DNA from: Owenia fusiformis
Taxonomy: Eukaryota
DNA length: 64,000 bases
Reading direction: 5' to 3'
NCBI GenBank assembly: GCA_903813345.2
Contig: CAIIXF020000001.1
Span: 23,436,001 to 23,500,000 of the forward strand
Each line of letters opens with the position of its first letter. Position 1 is the first letter of the stretch. Shown here piece after piece: positions 1 through 12,441 of the stretch. The notes under the pieces are model-generated. The model saw only the letters and a list, made by a program, of their open reading frames with translations. It was not told where the DNA came from and searched no databases. Both the position numbers and the translations under genes were made by a program.

Positions 1-365
1 TTCAAACTCATCTAGAAGTTCTCAAAAGTTAAATTCTGACTATAGATTTGACCTTGAATGACATTCTAAAGGTCCAAAAATATTTGACCTTCTCAAGGTC
101 AAAAAGGAGTTTTTTCAACTTGCTTCAAATTGACCAATTCTTTTTTGAAAAACATCAACAAGTTCTCAGAAGATTCAAATCTGACTTTAGACTTCAGATT
201 TCACCATCAATGACCTTGTCAGGGCCAGAAAAGATCTTTTTCAACTTGCTTCAAATTGACCAATTTTTATCTACAAGTTCTCAGAAATTCAACTCTGACT
301 TGAGTTTGAACTAATAATATTGTGAGCAACTAGGTGGTGACATTTTGTCATGTTATTGCCTTGTT
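1..365 (+). mobile_element. 3' part of a Helentron-like (HINE/DINE-1-type) non-autonomous element
   Basis: It carries ~125-bp core repeats (ttcaacttgcttcaaattgaccaatt...ttctcagaa...aaatctgact) and ends in gagcaactaggtggtgacattttgtcatgttattgccttgtt. This 3' end is nearly identical to those at 21396-21585, 27611-27746 and 30980-31488. Confidence 0.65.
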
Positions 366-665
366 TTCGTCTCCCACCCTCTGAATTTTCGGGGTCGCCC
401 CAGGTGTTGGTTTAGCATGGAAATTATTTATGTTTGGGCAGGGGGGTGCAATCATTTTCATTGGAATCGATATAAAAGTATTCTGACACTTACAATGACC
501 AAGACGTGCAAGCAATATTTATCATTGGGGTAAATGTTGTATGGTTATGTGTCAGATTGGAAATAAAAAGAAAGCATAGCATGTTGAATAGAAATGTACG
601 TAAAGGTTACATACATCGCTCTTCCCACAAAGTTATAACATGATCATATGTGAAACTGAGAGTGA

Positions 666-1197
666 AATATATTGTTTCTTGGTTTGGCAATGACTCATTC
701 GTTGCTGTAATTTAAATATAAACATAAAAATACGAATACAACTAACTTTTGATCGTACGTTTATATTTCACATAATTTTAAAGTAATTTTGTATCCTCCA
801 ACACATGCTTAATAAGGTTTTACAAAGACAATTCAAATAATTCAAAAATTAAATAATGACGATCTAAACAGTTTTATTAAGTACTTTCATTTCTCAAAAT
901 AATAATCTAAAAAAATTTTTTCCAAAGATATAATATATTGTTTCTTGGTTTTGCAATGACTCATTCGTTGCTGTAATTTAAATATAAACATAAAAATACG
1001 CATACAACTAACTTTTGATCGTACGTTTATATTTCACATAATTTTAAAGTAATTTTGTATCCTCCAACATACGCTTAATAAGGTTTTACAAAGTCAGTTC
1101 AAATAATTCAAAAATTAAATAACGACGATCTAAACAGTTTTATTAAGTACTTTCATTTCTCAAAATAATAATCTAAAAATATTTTTTCCCAAATATG
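666..1197. repeat. Tandem duplication, 2 x 266 bp
   Basis: aatatattgtttcttggttt...ctcaaaataataatctaaaaa starts at 666 and again at 932, with few mismatches. Confidence 0.9.
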
Positions 1198-1828
1198 ATA
1201 TTTTAATGTTTGGAGGATACAAAATATTGGACAGCCTAACTTGAATTCACGACACTCAAGCATATATCTCCATTGTCTGCAATCGAAGATATGTCATCAA
1301 AATGTACCTTCTGGCATATCTTTCACCAAAATAATGCATCAATAGTGTATATAAATATGGCCTATGTGTTGGAGGATACAAATATTTGACAAGTCGTATA
1401 CATATAGTAAAACACACTTAATTATGTGACTAAGACATATATCAAACATCCCGCTTACAAGAGTTGGTAGCACATACATTTTATTAACATGCTCAAAAAT
1501 ATCAGTGCAATCGATACATTTTAATTAGGTTAAGAAATCCGAGTTTATATTTGCCGAAAACATAAAATATTTCTTAATTGTCTAAAAATCCATCATTAAA
1601 GTGATCTTTTTTAAAAAGATAAGGAATATTCCAAACACGTACCTCGTGGTTATTGCTTAAAGTCTGGTCAACAAAAAATACATTGCATGTCCAGGAAATC
1701 AACATATGTCGCAGTCTCTAGTACAACGTCAACAGATTTCTAAAACATCAATTATCGTAAATTGTCCCTCATATTCTATCGATAAGGGGTAAACACCTAA
1801 ATGAATTTATCATCACAATCTAATTCAG

Positions 1829-3458
1829 GCCGAAGTTAATGGTTGGAGTGCTGCCCTTGCCTCTTGCGGTGATGACACGTCTGCAGACATGATACAATTA
1901 CAGCTGCTCTATTGGGGAATCAATATAAAAGAGAATGAACAGGAATGTCCCGGTCTGAATGTGGATGAGAAAATTTTAAAATATCTGACACCAAGTAAGT
2001 CTTTATTTCACACAGCTCCTCTGTTAAACATTATGATACAACCATACAACGTATCGACTACAGTAGGTCCAAGATATACGTGAGTTGATCCAAAAGGTCT
2101 GCACCGTTTAAACATAAAAACACCGCGCGTCGTTCAAAAAGTACTCCCAACTTCTAAATTATGATGAGGGACATAGAATTAGGAGTTTACTGTCAGCCGG
2201 GACCCGTTTAACGTATAAAGTATTTGATATTTATTTCAGGTAGTGTTAATAAGATGAATGAAATGAAGCAGGCGAGAGAAGGTAAGAAAAAAGCACTTAT
2301 GAGCTTTTAAATACTAGTGATGAGATAGTACTTTGTGAATGGATGGAGCTTCTCTATATCTAGTTTTCAAATACTTCTGATTTTGACTGCTGGAATTTTA
2401 CTGTTGCATGATATTTTTTACATATAATATATCAAAACTAGGTCCCTGATTTTTTAAAACTTTCCATGCATCGTTTCAATCACACGTCCGTATTTTTAAA
2501 GGTTATTCACAAGTGTGACTAATGGCGTCGTTCTCGTCCTAAAGAACCCTAAAATATTATATAACTTACACAATCAAAAAACGAGGACATAAATCTTCTT
2601 TTCTTAAAATATCAGATAAAATCTATATCTTATACCAGAGTTTCAGATTTGAGTTTCCATTTTTGGTAATAATGATTATGTTATATGTGCTATGTTATAG
2701 ATCTCTCTCCAGCTGAACGTAGCTGTATGCTGAAAGCAGAGGACAACATTTTTATAGCGGCGCAAAATCGCACAACTGAGGTCCTTGCTGATAGTGGTTC
2801 AATAGTCACAGACGTGTGTGATGAATTCATCAACCAATGGCAAATCAGTATGAAAATTACAATTTAATATGTATCATATCCCACCCTGACAGAGACAGAG
2901 CTACAAAATCAATATACAATTGGTCAAATTTTGTATCCTCAAATACCATTGTCCAATTACCGACGTACATAGTTAATAATAATATAACAAAAGCTGCGCC
3001 AGAACATGCCCTTTACTCATATTATATTATTTTTGGGGGTTACAAATTATTTGAACTGCTGAAAAAAACTCAAACGGTATATGTGATTGACATAATATGA
3101 CTTTTAGATAATTTATTAACTAATACTTTTGTACCCTACTGTAAAAATGGATGTTGTGATTCGTAAGACATTGATTGTATCACTGGCTACAATTTTCTTT
3201 TACACACCAGAAATATGAGCATCTTATAGAAAACGTCTAGTGAATTATTTCTACGTAATGTTCTGTGTTCATAAATTGTTATTAGAATATTTTTATATTT
3301 CAGACACGATCCCAGAGCTTGAAAAAGCCTGCAATGAGCCGTCAGCTGCCTTGCGTACGATTGCGCTAGAATGGCCGGAATCTGTCAAGAACATATTTAG
3401 TCCACTGAAGGGCACTGCAGCATGTGACGCAAGCACAGCCAGAGCAATGACACAATAA
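1829..3458 (+). CDS. 3' portion (4 exons) of an uncharacterised Cys-containing protein; 5' exons not located
   Basis: Exons 1829-1994, 2240-2281, 2701-2847 and 3304-3458 have AG/GT boundaries, with phase-1 introns between them. They join as AEVNGWSAALASCGDD...KYLTP-SSVNKMNEMKQARE-DLSPAERSCMLK...NQWQI-NTIPELEKAC...ARAMTQ*. Confidence 0.7.
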
Positions 3459-4040
3459 TTGAAGAACTGGAAGAAATTCATATTTCATGTGAATCTTAAC
3501 CATATAATGCAAATAGAAAATTTCCACAGCAAAACATATGACAATTTCAAAATATATAGGTCTGGGAGGGGTTTAATTGCATACTGCGTCGCTATTGCAT
3601 GAATTACATCACTATTTTCACAATTTTATTGATATTAGGTGTCAATTTATTTGAAGACCCCGAACTGGCTTAGTTTCAGAAATATCACATTGAACTCAAA
3701 AATGACCGTTAATCCGCACCATCCATCGTACAATTCAAAATGGCCGCTCATTGTGGAATTTTGCAATAATTTTCCTATCTCTTCAAAGTATGGCTATATT
3801 ATACTCAAATTGAAGGAATTTTAGAGTAAATCACATTTGTGGTATTTTACTGATTTGTGCCTAACAAAATTCAAAATGGCTGCCGAGAGTAGGAATTTGC
3901 TATTATTTTGAGATCTCTCCAAAGTATGGCTACATTATACATTTGACTTTGAAACTCCTAATTAAATGGTCACCCAAATGATTTAATCGGTGGAAATTCT
4001 GAGCTTATTGTATATATGCCTTTTAAAATCTGCCAATCAC

Positions 4041-4452
4041 GCAAATGCGAGTAGGTAGTTACCAGTTTCACCACCAGGTGGCTCGTTCGGGTCAGATAGC
4101 ATGGCGGGTATAGAAGAAAGTTTCATTTAAATTAAATCACATTCCTTTCAGTGGTTCAATTTTTATATAACCCTTATGTATCTAATAGTTATGGAAATTA
4201 TAATATGTCCAGTAAAAGAAAATGTTATCTGTCTATTACAAGAAAAGATATTTCACTTTTTGTGATTTTGTAACATGTAAAGGTCTATGGGGAATCAAAC
4301 CGAACTAGAAGTCACACTTTCAAAAAATTAAATTTTCAAAATAAAAATTTTCGAAATGAAACCACATTTCTAGATGTACTTTTACATGTAGATTTCAAAT
4401 ATAACATAACTTTGACTGAATTTTGAATATTTAATGACGTAAATCGCATCTA
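4041..4452 (+). mobile_element. MITE, same family as 38688-39123 (right end damaged)
   Basis: Shares atgcgagtaggtagttaccagtttcaccaccaggtggctc...gaattttgaa...taatgacgtaaatc with 38688-39123. A 5' fragment also lies at ~30244-30460. Confidence 0.8.
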
Positions 4453-4741
4453 GTCTATTAAATTAAGGGTATGGTGAATGGTACGCTTTGCATTCGCTTG
4501 ACTACGCTTCTTACAAGAGAGCTTTGTCTCTCAGTTTATAACTAGACTCTGCATGCACGGTCAGTAAATGGTACATTCTGACATATACAGATTCATAGTG
4601 TTCGTTGGAGTGGTGCTAGACCGTAGAGCTGCAGAGTACTAGTTCAAATAACATTTTAGAAAGGAAACATCCTAGCGAACTATAAAGTCCTTATATTTTT
4701 GTGCCGCAGATGATGTACATTAGTACATTTTATCTTCTCTG

Positions 4742-5237
4742 TAACACCCCAGTCACATTTGTCGCACGGCGGCCGCAAGTCGACCGCAGATCAATTAAAT
4801 CGGTGAATTTCTGCGGCGAGCGTAGAAAAACTACGCTCGCCTTGCGGCCTCCGTACGGCGAATGCAGATTTTTACAGGCCGCAGGGAAGGCGTAGAAATT
4901 ATAACTCGGAGTTATAATATTCGTTCATTTCTGAGGTCCCCGTAGAAATCAACTGGCTCAACAAGATTGAATCCTTATTTATCAATGTTTCACGATCACT
5001 TTTCATTTGATATTACATCCTAGCACTATGAATAACATTTTTAAATTGTCCTGATGTAAATAAAATGAAAAAAGTATTATTTATCGACAGAAATTTAAAA
5101 TTCACCGTGCGGCTGCCGTGGGAAATGTGACTGCAAAAGTATGAGAGCGCAGAAATTCTGCGGCGAGCGTAGAAAAGCTACTGGCCGCAGAAATGATAGA
5201 CCGCAAGGTCGCCGTAGGAAATGTGACTGGGGTGTTA
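4742..5237. mobile_element. MITE with terminal inverted repeats
   Basis: taacaccccagtcacattt (4742-4760) is the exact reverse complement of 5219-5237. GC-rich subterminal repeats (ttctgcggcgagcgtagaaaa twice); TA/TWA-like flanks. Confidence 0.85.
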
Positions 5238-6147
5238 GCTGAATTTAAAAGAATGTTGATTTTTGTTTTTTTGTTTACAGAGTACATATGGGGTATATGA
5301 TAAAACAAATAGTGACTGCCACATTTTCGGAAATAGTGTAAAAATGTTCCCCTCGCATGCTCCCTCGACCTGCAGCCTCGGGAACATGTCAGTGGACAGG
5401 ATATTCCCTTGCGAAAAATATTTTGCACTATTTCCCTCATCAATGGCAATCACTATCACTATCTCATATGCCATTTTGTTAATATGTGACGAAGGTTAAA
5501 TTCGCTCGGTCATTGTTAATTACAAATGAGAAGCATTTTAGATAGGTTTAGATAAAACCACATATAAGGAAACTTGCTAAATTGTAATTAAGGTGCACGC
5601 AGCACAAGCATATTCACACCATGCAGACAGATCGCACAAAATACAATCGCATGATGCGAGACTCGACAATAAGTAGGAAACAACAAAGATTTTGTCACCC
5701 ATTTTGCAAATTATTTTTACTACTTAATAAAGGGTGGATGACAGTCACATATAGTTCTGAATGAATATGAGAATAACATAACCTTTGGATATGCCAAGGA
5801 AACACGTTTGAAAAGCAATGACCTTGATCGAAAATACGACAAAACTGCAATTGGAATTTTGTAGATTTCTTTGAAAAACTAAGACACGCCCGGTGACTGT
5901 ACAAAAATGATGGAGAGGGATTAGGCAATTTCTACAACGCTCAACAAATTTGGAAGATTTATTTTTTCAAGAGAAAATTTACAACATATTTGAAACACAA
6001 ATATTAATCGAACTTATGATCGGACAATGTATGATCATTGATGTGTACTTAACATCATGCTTTTGTTTGATCATCGAATAATATTTGTGTTTCAAATATT
6101 AAATCGTAAGACATGTGAAACAAATGTTAGTGCAACCAGATGGAATT

Positions 6148-6225
6148 TACCCTTTGCATTCGTTTGACTTCACTTCTTAAAAGAGAGCTTCGTCTTTAGT
6201 TTAACTAGACTCTGCACGCAGGGTA
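6148..6225 (+). mobile_element. Very short (~80 bp) dispersed element bounded by TA-CCCT...AGGG-TA
   Basis: Copies at 4482-4562 (+), 45154-45229 (-), ~51839-51900 (-, partial) and 60399-60486 (-) share ctttgcattcg..gact..cttcttaaaagagagctt...aactagactctgcacgcaggg. Confidence 0.75.
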
Positions 6226-6877
6226 GGTGGAATTGGACCTGCCCATGTCCGTGCTTCCAAGAAATCACAAGGGATGGTGGGCATCACTCACATATTCAAA
6301 TATTTTTAAAACACACAATTTATCCATGAAGGGATTACAAAGTAGCCCGGACAGAATTGTTCAAGGGTCGCTTTTTCTTTGATAACTTTTTTAATTTTCA
6401 GTTTTATCAAAGATTAGTTACATATTTGAAAACTAGGGAAAATTCTGACATACAAAGAAATATTTTTTGAACATCTCTTAATATATTGATATTAAGCCTA
6501 TATGCGTTCATAAAATGAGTGACGCAAATACATAAGCTTAATTCATCATTTTGTCTCATATTTGCTCAAAAATGGCAGCATGTTTCGTGAATATGAATGT
6601 TCAGTGGAAAAATAATATCCAAATATTCCAATCTTGGTGTCCAATGACCAATCATAAAATACAAGAAGTCATTCTCCCTTCAAGGGTCATGAAGTCAATT
6701 CTATTGCAATGGTCGGCGCGGGGGTCATGTGTTCAAGAGGATGTGAAAAGCGGTGGCGCCCCAATGCAGTGCGGGGTGTGATGAGAGTAAGCCTAGGTCT
6801 CATGAAGCTAGTCAAGGAGTACATACCGAAGGGTTGATGCACAATGGTGTTCGGCTAGTTAGCTGAATCTTGCAGTA

Positions 6878-7517
6878 CAGGGTGTCCCGAAAGTATGCCC
6901 CCCCTAGGCAGACATATAACAGTGTCGTCATAGTATGTGTCATATATCATTTTAAAGCTTATCCAAGGTTACATTGATTCGCCAAGTATCATGTTTCAAC
7001 TCCCAAATGTGAAAAAATGACAGGCATTTCAAAATTTGGTGTTTGGTCAAAATTAAGTTCAATTTTACACCAAATCACTAGTCAATGTGTCCTCCCGGGC
7101 CATCTTAACAGCAGCAATTCTTTTCGGATCGGATGGATATTGAGTTAGAAAAAGAGAACGGTGAGGGTAGAAACTCTAAGGAAACTCTTCTAAAGTGCCT
7201 TAACAGGTTTTAAAACGGTTATAAAATTCCACACCCCTATTTGAAGGGCTTTTAAGGTCATATCTGAAAAGAATTGCTGCTGTTAACATGGCCAAGGGGG
7301 GATTCATTGACTAGTAATGTGGTGTAAAATTGAACTTTATTTTGGCAAAACACTAACTTTTAAAATGACTGTAACTTTTTCCCATTTGGGAGTTAAACCA
7401 TGATACTTGGCAAATCAATGTAACTTTGGATAAGCTTTAAAATGATATATGATACATTCTATGAGGTCACTGGTATATGTCTGCCTAGGGGGGGGGGCAT
7501 ACTTTCGGGACACCCTG
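6878..7517. mobile_element. Tc1/mariner-type MITE with ~250-bp inverted arms
   Basis: TA|cagggtgtcccgaaagtatgccccc...gcatactttcgggacaccctg|TA, with a TA target duplication. Arms ~6878-7125 and ~7262-7517 are reverse-complementary. Confidence 0.9.
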
Positions 7518-7759
7518 TAGTCATAAAATGTGCAGATTTCAGTTTTTTGTTTTAACATTTCGCCATGGTTATGATAGATAAGTGCTGTGGTAACATAAGC
7601 TGATCAAAGGGATAGTTAATGGTGTGCTCATTTAATGTTAGGCTTAGGCCTACCATAGGATACATCATACAGGAATATAAAGTACTGGTAGCTATAAACT
7701 GAAACCTTATGCTATATTAGTTTCACACGGATGCCGTGAAATACGCAATCATATGACGT

Positions 7760-8950
7760 GCACGGACCTGGGGACAATTCGGGAAATACGGGCTAATCTC
7801 AGCTCTTTAAGCGGTAATATCTGCCTTATTTAAAAAGCTAACTGTGTGCTTTATATATCATTTTGAAGTATTTTTTATTTGCATTTCTGACTGAAATTAT
7901 TTTTCCTTGAAAAGTTTAATGGGATCTACCATATTTTTAAAGTTAATTGTACCCCGACATCGTCAAATACGCTGTAAAACGTAACATTTCACGCTTACAC
8001 GGTTCGTTGAAATCGACATAACTTTTGAAATACTGATCAGAATTTTATTCAAATTTTATTCAATAGAACATGCGCATTTATGACGTCACAATTGCATAAA
8101 GGATACAAGTTTAAATTTTCTAAAATATGAACGCTTTAAAAAATTTCAAAATTCGGTGTAAGGCTTTGAAGGCGAAGGAGACTAGCAATAAGTTGACCTT
8201 TATTTAACCTTCTTATTTAGGTCTGATTAAAACAAAAATTAACCGCACAATATTGTCATGGCGAAATTTACAAAACAATAACCGATTTCTTTTATTTCAA
8301 ATAATATCAATAAGAGCTGCTTTTAGAGAAGTTGAAAAATGTCAACGCATCGATTTTTTACTACAAATTCCATACATATCAATTTTTACTAACGCCCCGA
8401 GTGGATATCCTGACCGTTTAGTTTTCAAAAATCAAAAACATTTTAGAAATATTGTCCTCGAGATCTTAGGATTGAATAAGAATAAAATATCTTATCTTTA
8501 GGTTGACTAAACGTGACAAAATGTAACGCTTGTCTTTGGCGTAGCGTGGGTATTTTATGACTGAGTGTACGCCACGAGTGAGCGAAGCGAACGAGCTTTG
8601 AGGGGGCGGGTTCTTTCCCCCAAGAAAGTTTGAAAAAATTAGATTGCATTTGAAGCGTTCTGCCGGGGGCGTTTTAAATACGAAATTCCGACTACGAAAA
8701 AATGATATGGATTAATAAAATGTTAGGCCATTACTTCAGAATATTAAACGTGGGTCATTTCAATATCAAAAATTCACGTTTCTCTAAACTTTGAGAGTAC
8801 GCTATGGCGTTTTATGCGTATATGACGCTACGCCACTGTTGACGTTATAAGGCTGAACTTGCGCCCTATAACCTACTGCCCATTATTTTGTTAAATGGTA
8901 TTTTGACGCCATGATGTTACGCTAATTGACAATTGTCCCCAGTTTCGTGC
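7760..8950. mobile_element. Non-autonomous DNA transposon, 20-bp TIR, 5-bp TSD GACGT
   Basis: gcacggacctggggacaatt (7760-7779) pairs with aattgtccccagtttcgtgc (8931-8950). gacgt flanks both ends (7755-7759, 8951-8955). Confidence 0.75.
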
Positions 8951-9107
8951 GACGTGTAGCTGCTATTCAAAAATCACTCTGGCCTTGCATTGTGTAAATA
9001 TTGCTACTCTATGAATATATAAAAATTTATCAGTTAGAAGATGTCGCTAGTATCAATGTTTGTGGACTTTTATAAGTTGCTAGAATTCACTCGATCATTC
9101 AGCGATC

Positions 9108-9179
9108 GGGGATGTAGCTCAGCGGTAGAGCGCGTGCTTTGCATGTACGAGGCCCCGGGTTCGAACCCCGGCATCTCCA
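9108..9179 (+). tRNA. trnA-TGC: tRNA-Ala (anticodon TGC)
   Basis: GGGGATGTAGCTCAGCGGTAGAGCGCGTGCTTTGCATGTACGAGGCCCCGGGTTCGAACCCCGGCATCTCCA folds as a full cloverleaf with A and B boxes and the G3:U70 Ala identity pair. T-runs (Pol III terminator) lie just downstream. Confidence 0.97.
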
Positions 9180-9398
9180 GAAGCTTTCTTTTCTTTATTT
9201 TTCATTTGTTTTTTCTTTTGTTTTTAAGATTCACATGTTTTGTGACTGTAATGGTTTATTGTTTCTTTGTAACTTTTTAGCAATGAAATCAATATATTAA
9301 TCCTGAAAACGATTTAACGACCTGTAGAATACAACGTTATTACTTTACGAGTATCTGTAGAAATATCAATAATGTGACGGTTGATATAAAGAAGTTAT

Positions 9399-9503
9399 TT
9401 ACAAGACGGGATTCGATATCATATTCGACATGTAAATAACGACCTTAATTTTTACAAGATGGGATTCGATATCATATTCGACATGTGAATAACGACCTTA
9501 ATT
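9399..9503. repeat. Short tandem duplication (2 x ~53 bp)
   Basis: ttacaaga.gggattcgatatcatattcgacatgt.aataacgaccttaattt occurs twice. Confidence 0.8.
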
Positions 9504-9738
9504 TATCCCGGCTTATACCATGGTCAAGAGCAATAGCTAGTACCTAGTTATAAAGTCCTCTGTTGAACAAGAGAAAAATATGTTTAACTCTTAGAAACAT
9601 TTAAGTTACATATTATCCCGCCCTAACGTGCATTGAGAATTTAAGAAAAAGAAAAACATAAAACTTAAAAAAAATTGAAAAATCAAAATTATTTTTCAAC
9701 TAAATAATTAACTTTTTGGAAAAAAATGTAAAATTTTC

Positions 9739-10446
9739 AAAGGTGCATGTGCAGTATGGGAAGTGATTTTAGACGGTCATATCTTTTACCTTGAGCACTT
9801 TCTGGCCACAAATGCAGTGGTTTCTATTAAGACTATATGTTTTCTTTCAAGTGAAGTCACCATACTACTAAAATATCAATCCAACTATCTGAAAAATTAT
9901 GGTTTAGGACCCCACCTTGGCTCTTTTTTAAAATTGTTTGGCTTATTTTCTAAAAAGAGGATCTTGTTTTTCTCAATTTAAACATACTGAACGTTTCTGA
10001 AAAGGGGATGGGTACTGATTACTGAAATGCGTGAAAGTTAAAAACCACATATCCCATGTAAATTTCACATAGAGAAAAGTAGTGCTATCTATTGTTTTCA
10101 GCATGATTTTGGTCATCAAAAATTGATATCTTCACTAGATCACTTTCAATACCATTCTACTTTTGAAGAAGTTTTAGACCCCTTGTTGAATAATCTTTTC
10201 ATGCGATAAAAATTAGAAAAAGAAGATCCTCTTTTGAGTTAATAGGTTCAACATTTTGATAAATTGTTGACATGTGGTCCGAATTCATAATTCTTTGAAT
10301 TGTTCGATTAATATTTTTATCATTGTGGGCATTTCACTTGAAAAAACATACTGCCTTAATAAAAACCATTGCATTTATGCTCAGAAAGTACTCATGGTGA
10401 AAGTATGACTGTCTAAAATTACTTGTCATACTGCAAATGGACCTTT
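9739..10446. mobile_element. Old MITE with long degenerate inverted arms (AAAGG...CCTTT ends, Kolobok-like)
   Basis: aaaggtgcatgtgcagtatgggaagtgattttagacggtcata... pairs with ...tatgactgtctaaaattacttgtcatactgcaaatggaccttt, and pairing continues inward for ~250 bp. The superfamily is an inference. Confidence 0.7.
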
Positions 10447-10961
10447 ACCCGTGATTATATCAATATCATCCCTGATATCATCTCTCTTATCCTTATATCA
10501 TCTCTGATATCATCCCTGTCCCAAGTATGTGGTATTATACTACCAATATCATAAGTGATAATTATATTTTATCATATTACTTGCATTTTAATAAGTCAAG
10601 GGGATAGGATTGTAGCCAGTCTGATAAAAACAATAAACTTAACCAAGTACAGTACAATGGGCATTAAAACTTTATTCATCATAATACAGAAAAATATGTG
10701 TATAAAAATAAAAATGTAAGACTAAGAGTATAAATACTGAAGCTTCGTTACAACATGGACGTACGGAGAAAGCAATATCCATGATACTTGAAAAAATCCA
10801 TTATATTATTAAAAGAATTCTGCCGACGCCGCTTTTACAAAAACATAAATATAAACATAAACAAAATTACATGTAGTTAATACATTACAATATAAATAAT
10901 AAAATAATTATCAACAGTGCAAAATATTTTAATGATTCCGATTCCATGAATTCAGATTTGC

Positions 10962-12441
10962 TTACATATTGAAGAAAATCTCAGGTGAATTGTGGGCTAT
11001 GGTCACTATAACAACCGTGTTACATTTGATATGTTCGGGTAATTTGTGATAAGTCTTTATTATTGTGTTTGCCACATTTGTCGAAGTAGCCCAGACGTGT
11101 AAAATTTGTTTCGACCAATTCTCCAAAGAATTTTGTGTGGCTTGGATCACACCTGTAACAAAACAATGAAAACTTTCAGATACCTCATAAAATAAGTACA
11201 TTTTAATAATTTTAAGGCATCGATTAGTTACATCATGGACTTTTATAGTTGCATGTTTTTATGTATTTACCTAAAAGATTACGGTATTAATCTAAGATTA
11301 ATGAGTTACAATCTATCAAGATCTATCAATCAAAGCAAAACATCATGTCACCCCACCTGTTAATTTCTTGACCAACAATTTCTCGGCGTCCTCATCTGTG
11401 TACTCCCCTCTGTATTTCATTGCTCTGGTGACCGATACACCTAACCTCGTTGAGAACATCTCACACACATAATCTGTGATAGACCCACCCTCAGGGAAGT
11501 ATGACACCTCCATCTCAGTCTGAAATTCAGTAAATTAGTTATAATACAATTATTCATTATTAGTGGATTGGATTAAGACTTGATTTACATACATTACATG
11601 CCGAAGACAAGTGACCGAGAAATATTATAATCAAAGCCTTTCTACAACGCACATGTACATGTACTCTCTCATATTCTCATTAATCATGGAAAGATGGTCA
11701 TTAAAAATTGTTATCTAATTTGGCAAAAGCAATTTTGTTGAAAAAAAACATTATCAAAATTTTAGTTTGAAATGCTTGGAAAGCCAAATAAACAATGTTG
11801 ATTTTAAATGATTCTCAGAGGTGGACCAATGCAACGTACCCTACAGCTCTCCTTCTGTCGCTTCGCTCGCACTGATATAAACCTAAAAAATCACACCCGC
11901 TTGAAATTTGCTGGCTCAGCCCCTGATGCCTGATCACATCTTTTAATCTTACCTTCAATAGTTTTGCACCGAAGCATCTTTTGAGCACCTCGTATGACAT
12001 AACTTCAGATATAACAGAACTTCCTCCAGCATTTGGGACATCCTGCAACTTCTGAGCATGTTCTGATAATTTCATGTTCCTTACTCTGCGAAAAGGATCA
12101 TATTCGTATTGTATCAGTCCTCCTTCTTTGTTATCATTGATACATTTGATTAATTTGAAATATTCATTTAATCTCACTGAAAAGTTTTCACCAATGTAAA
12201 TATTTACACTTTTAGTTTTTTGCCCAGTTTTGGGGGTGAATGTCTCCAATTTGCTTTTGAGGCAACTTTGGGGACTTGTTGCAGTTTTTGAGAACGCATT
12301 TTTCTTGTTTTTGAGGCTGGAATTTAGGGGAGATGTAATGGTCACTTTCCCCGGAATGTTCCTTTTGTGTTGTCGTGAACCCCGACCCCCGGGACCCCGA
12401 CCGCCGATGGTGTTTTCGATGTGTCGTTTTCGTTGCTGCAT
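10962..12441 (-). CDS. AAC4-like protein (AAC-rich mRNA clone AAC4 family), 3 coding exons, ~280 aa
   Basis: Exons 12441-11953, 11519-11357 and 11152-10962 (GT-AG, phases 0 and 1) give PNAGGSSVISEVMSYEVL...LLK-TEMEVSYFPEGGSITDYVC...LGVSVTRAMKY...LLVKKLTG-VIQATQNS..WSKQILHVW. I recognise these motifs from AAC4-like proteins. The start codon is tentative. Confidence 0.85.

Noticed and set aside
5263-5990. Exon-like segments at 5281-5494 and ~5750-5990
   Set aside because: I could not join them into a stop-free model or assign a family. They are at most decayed fragments.
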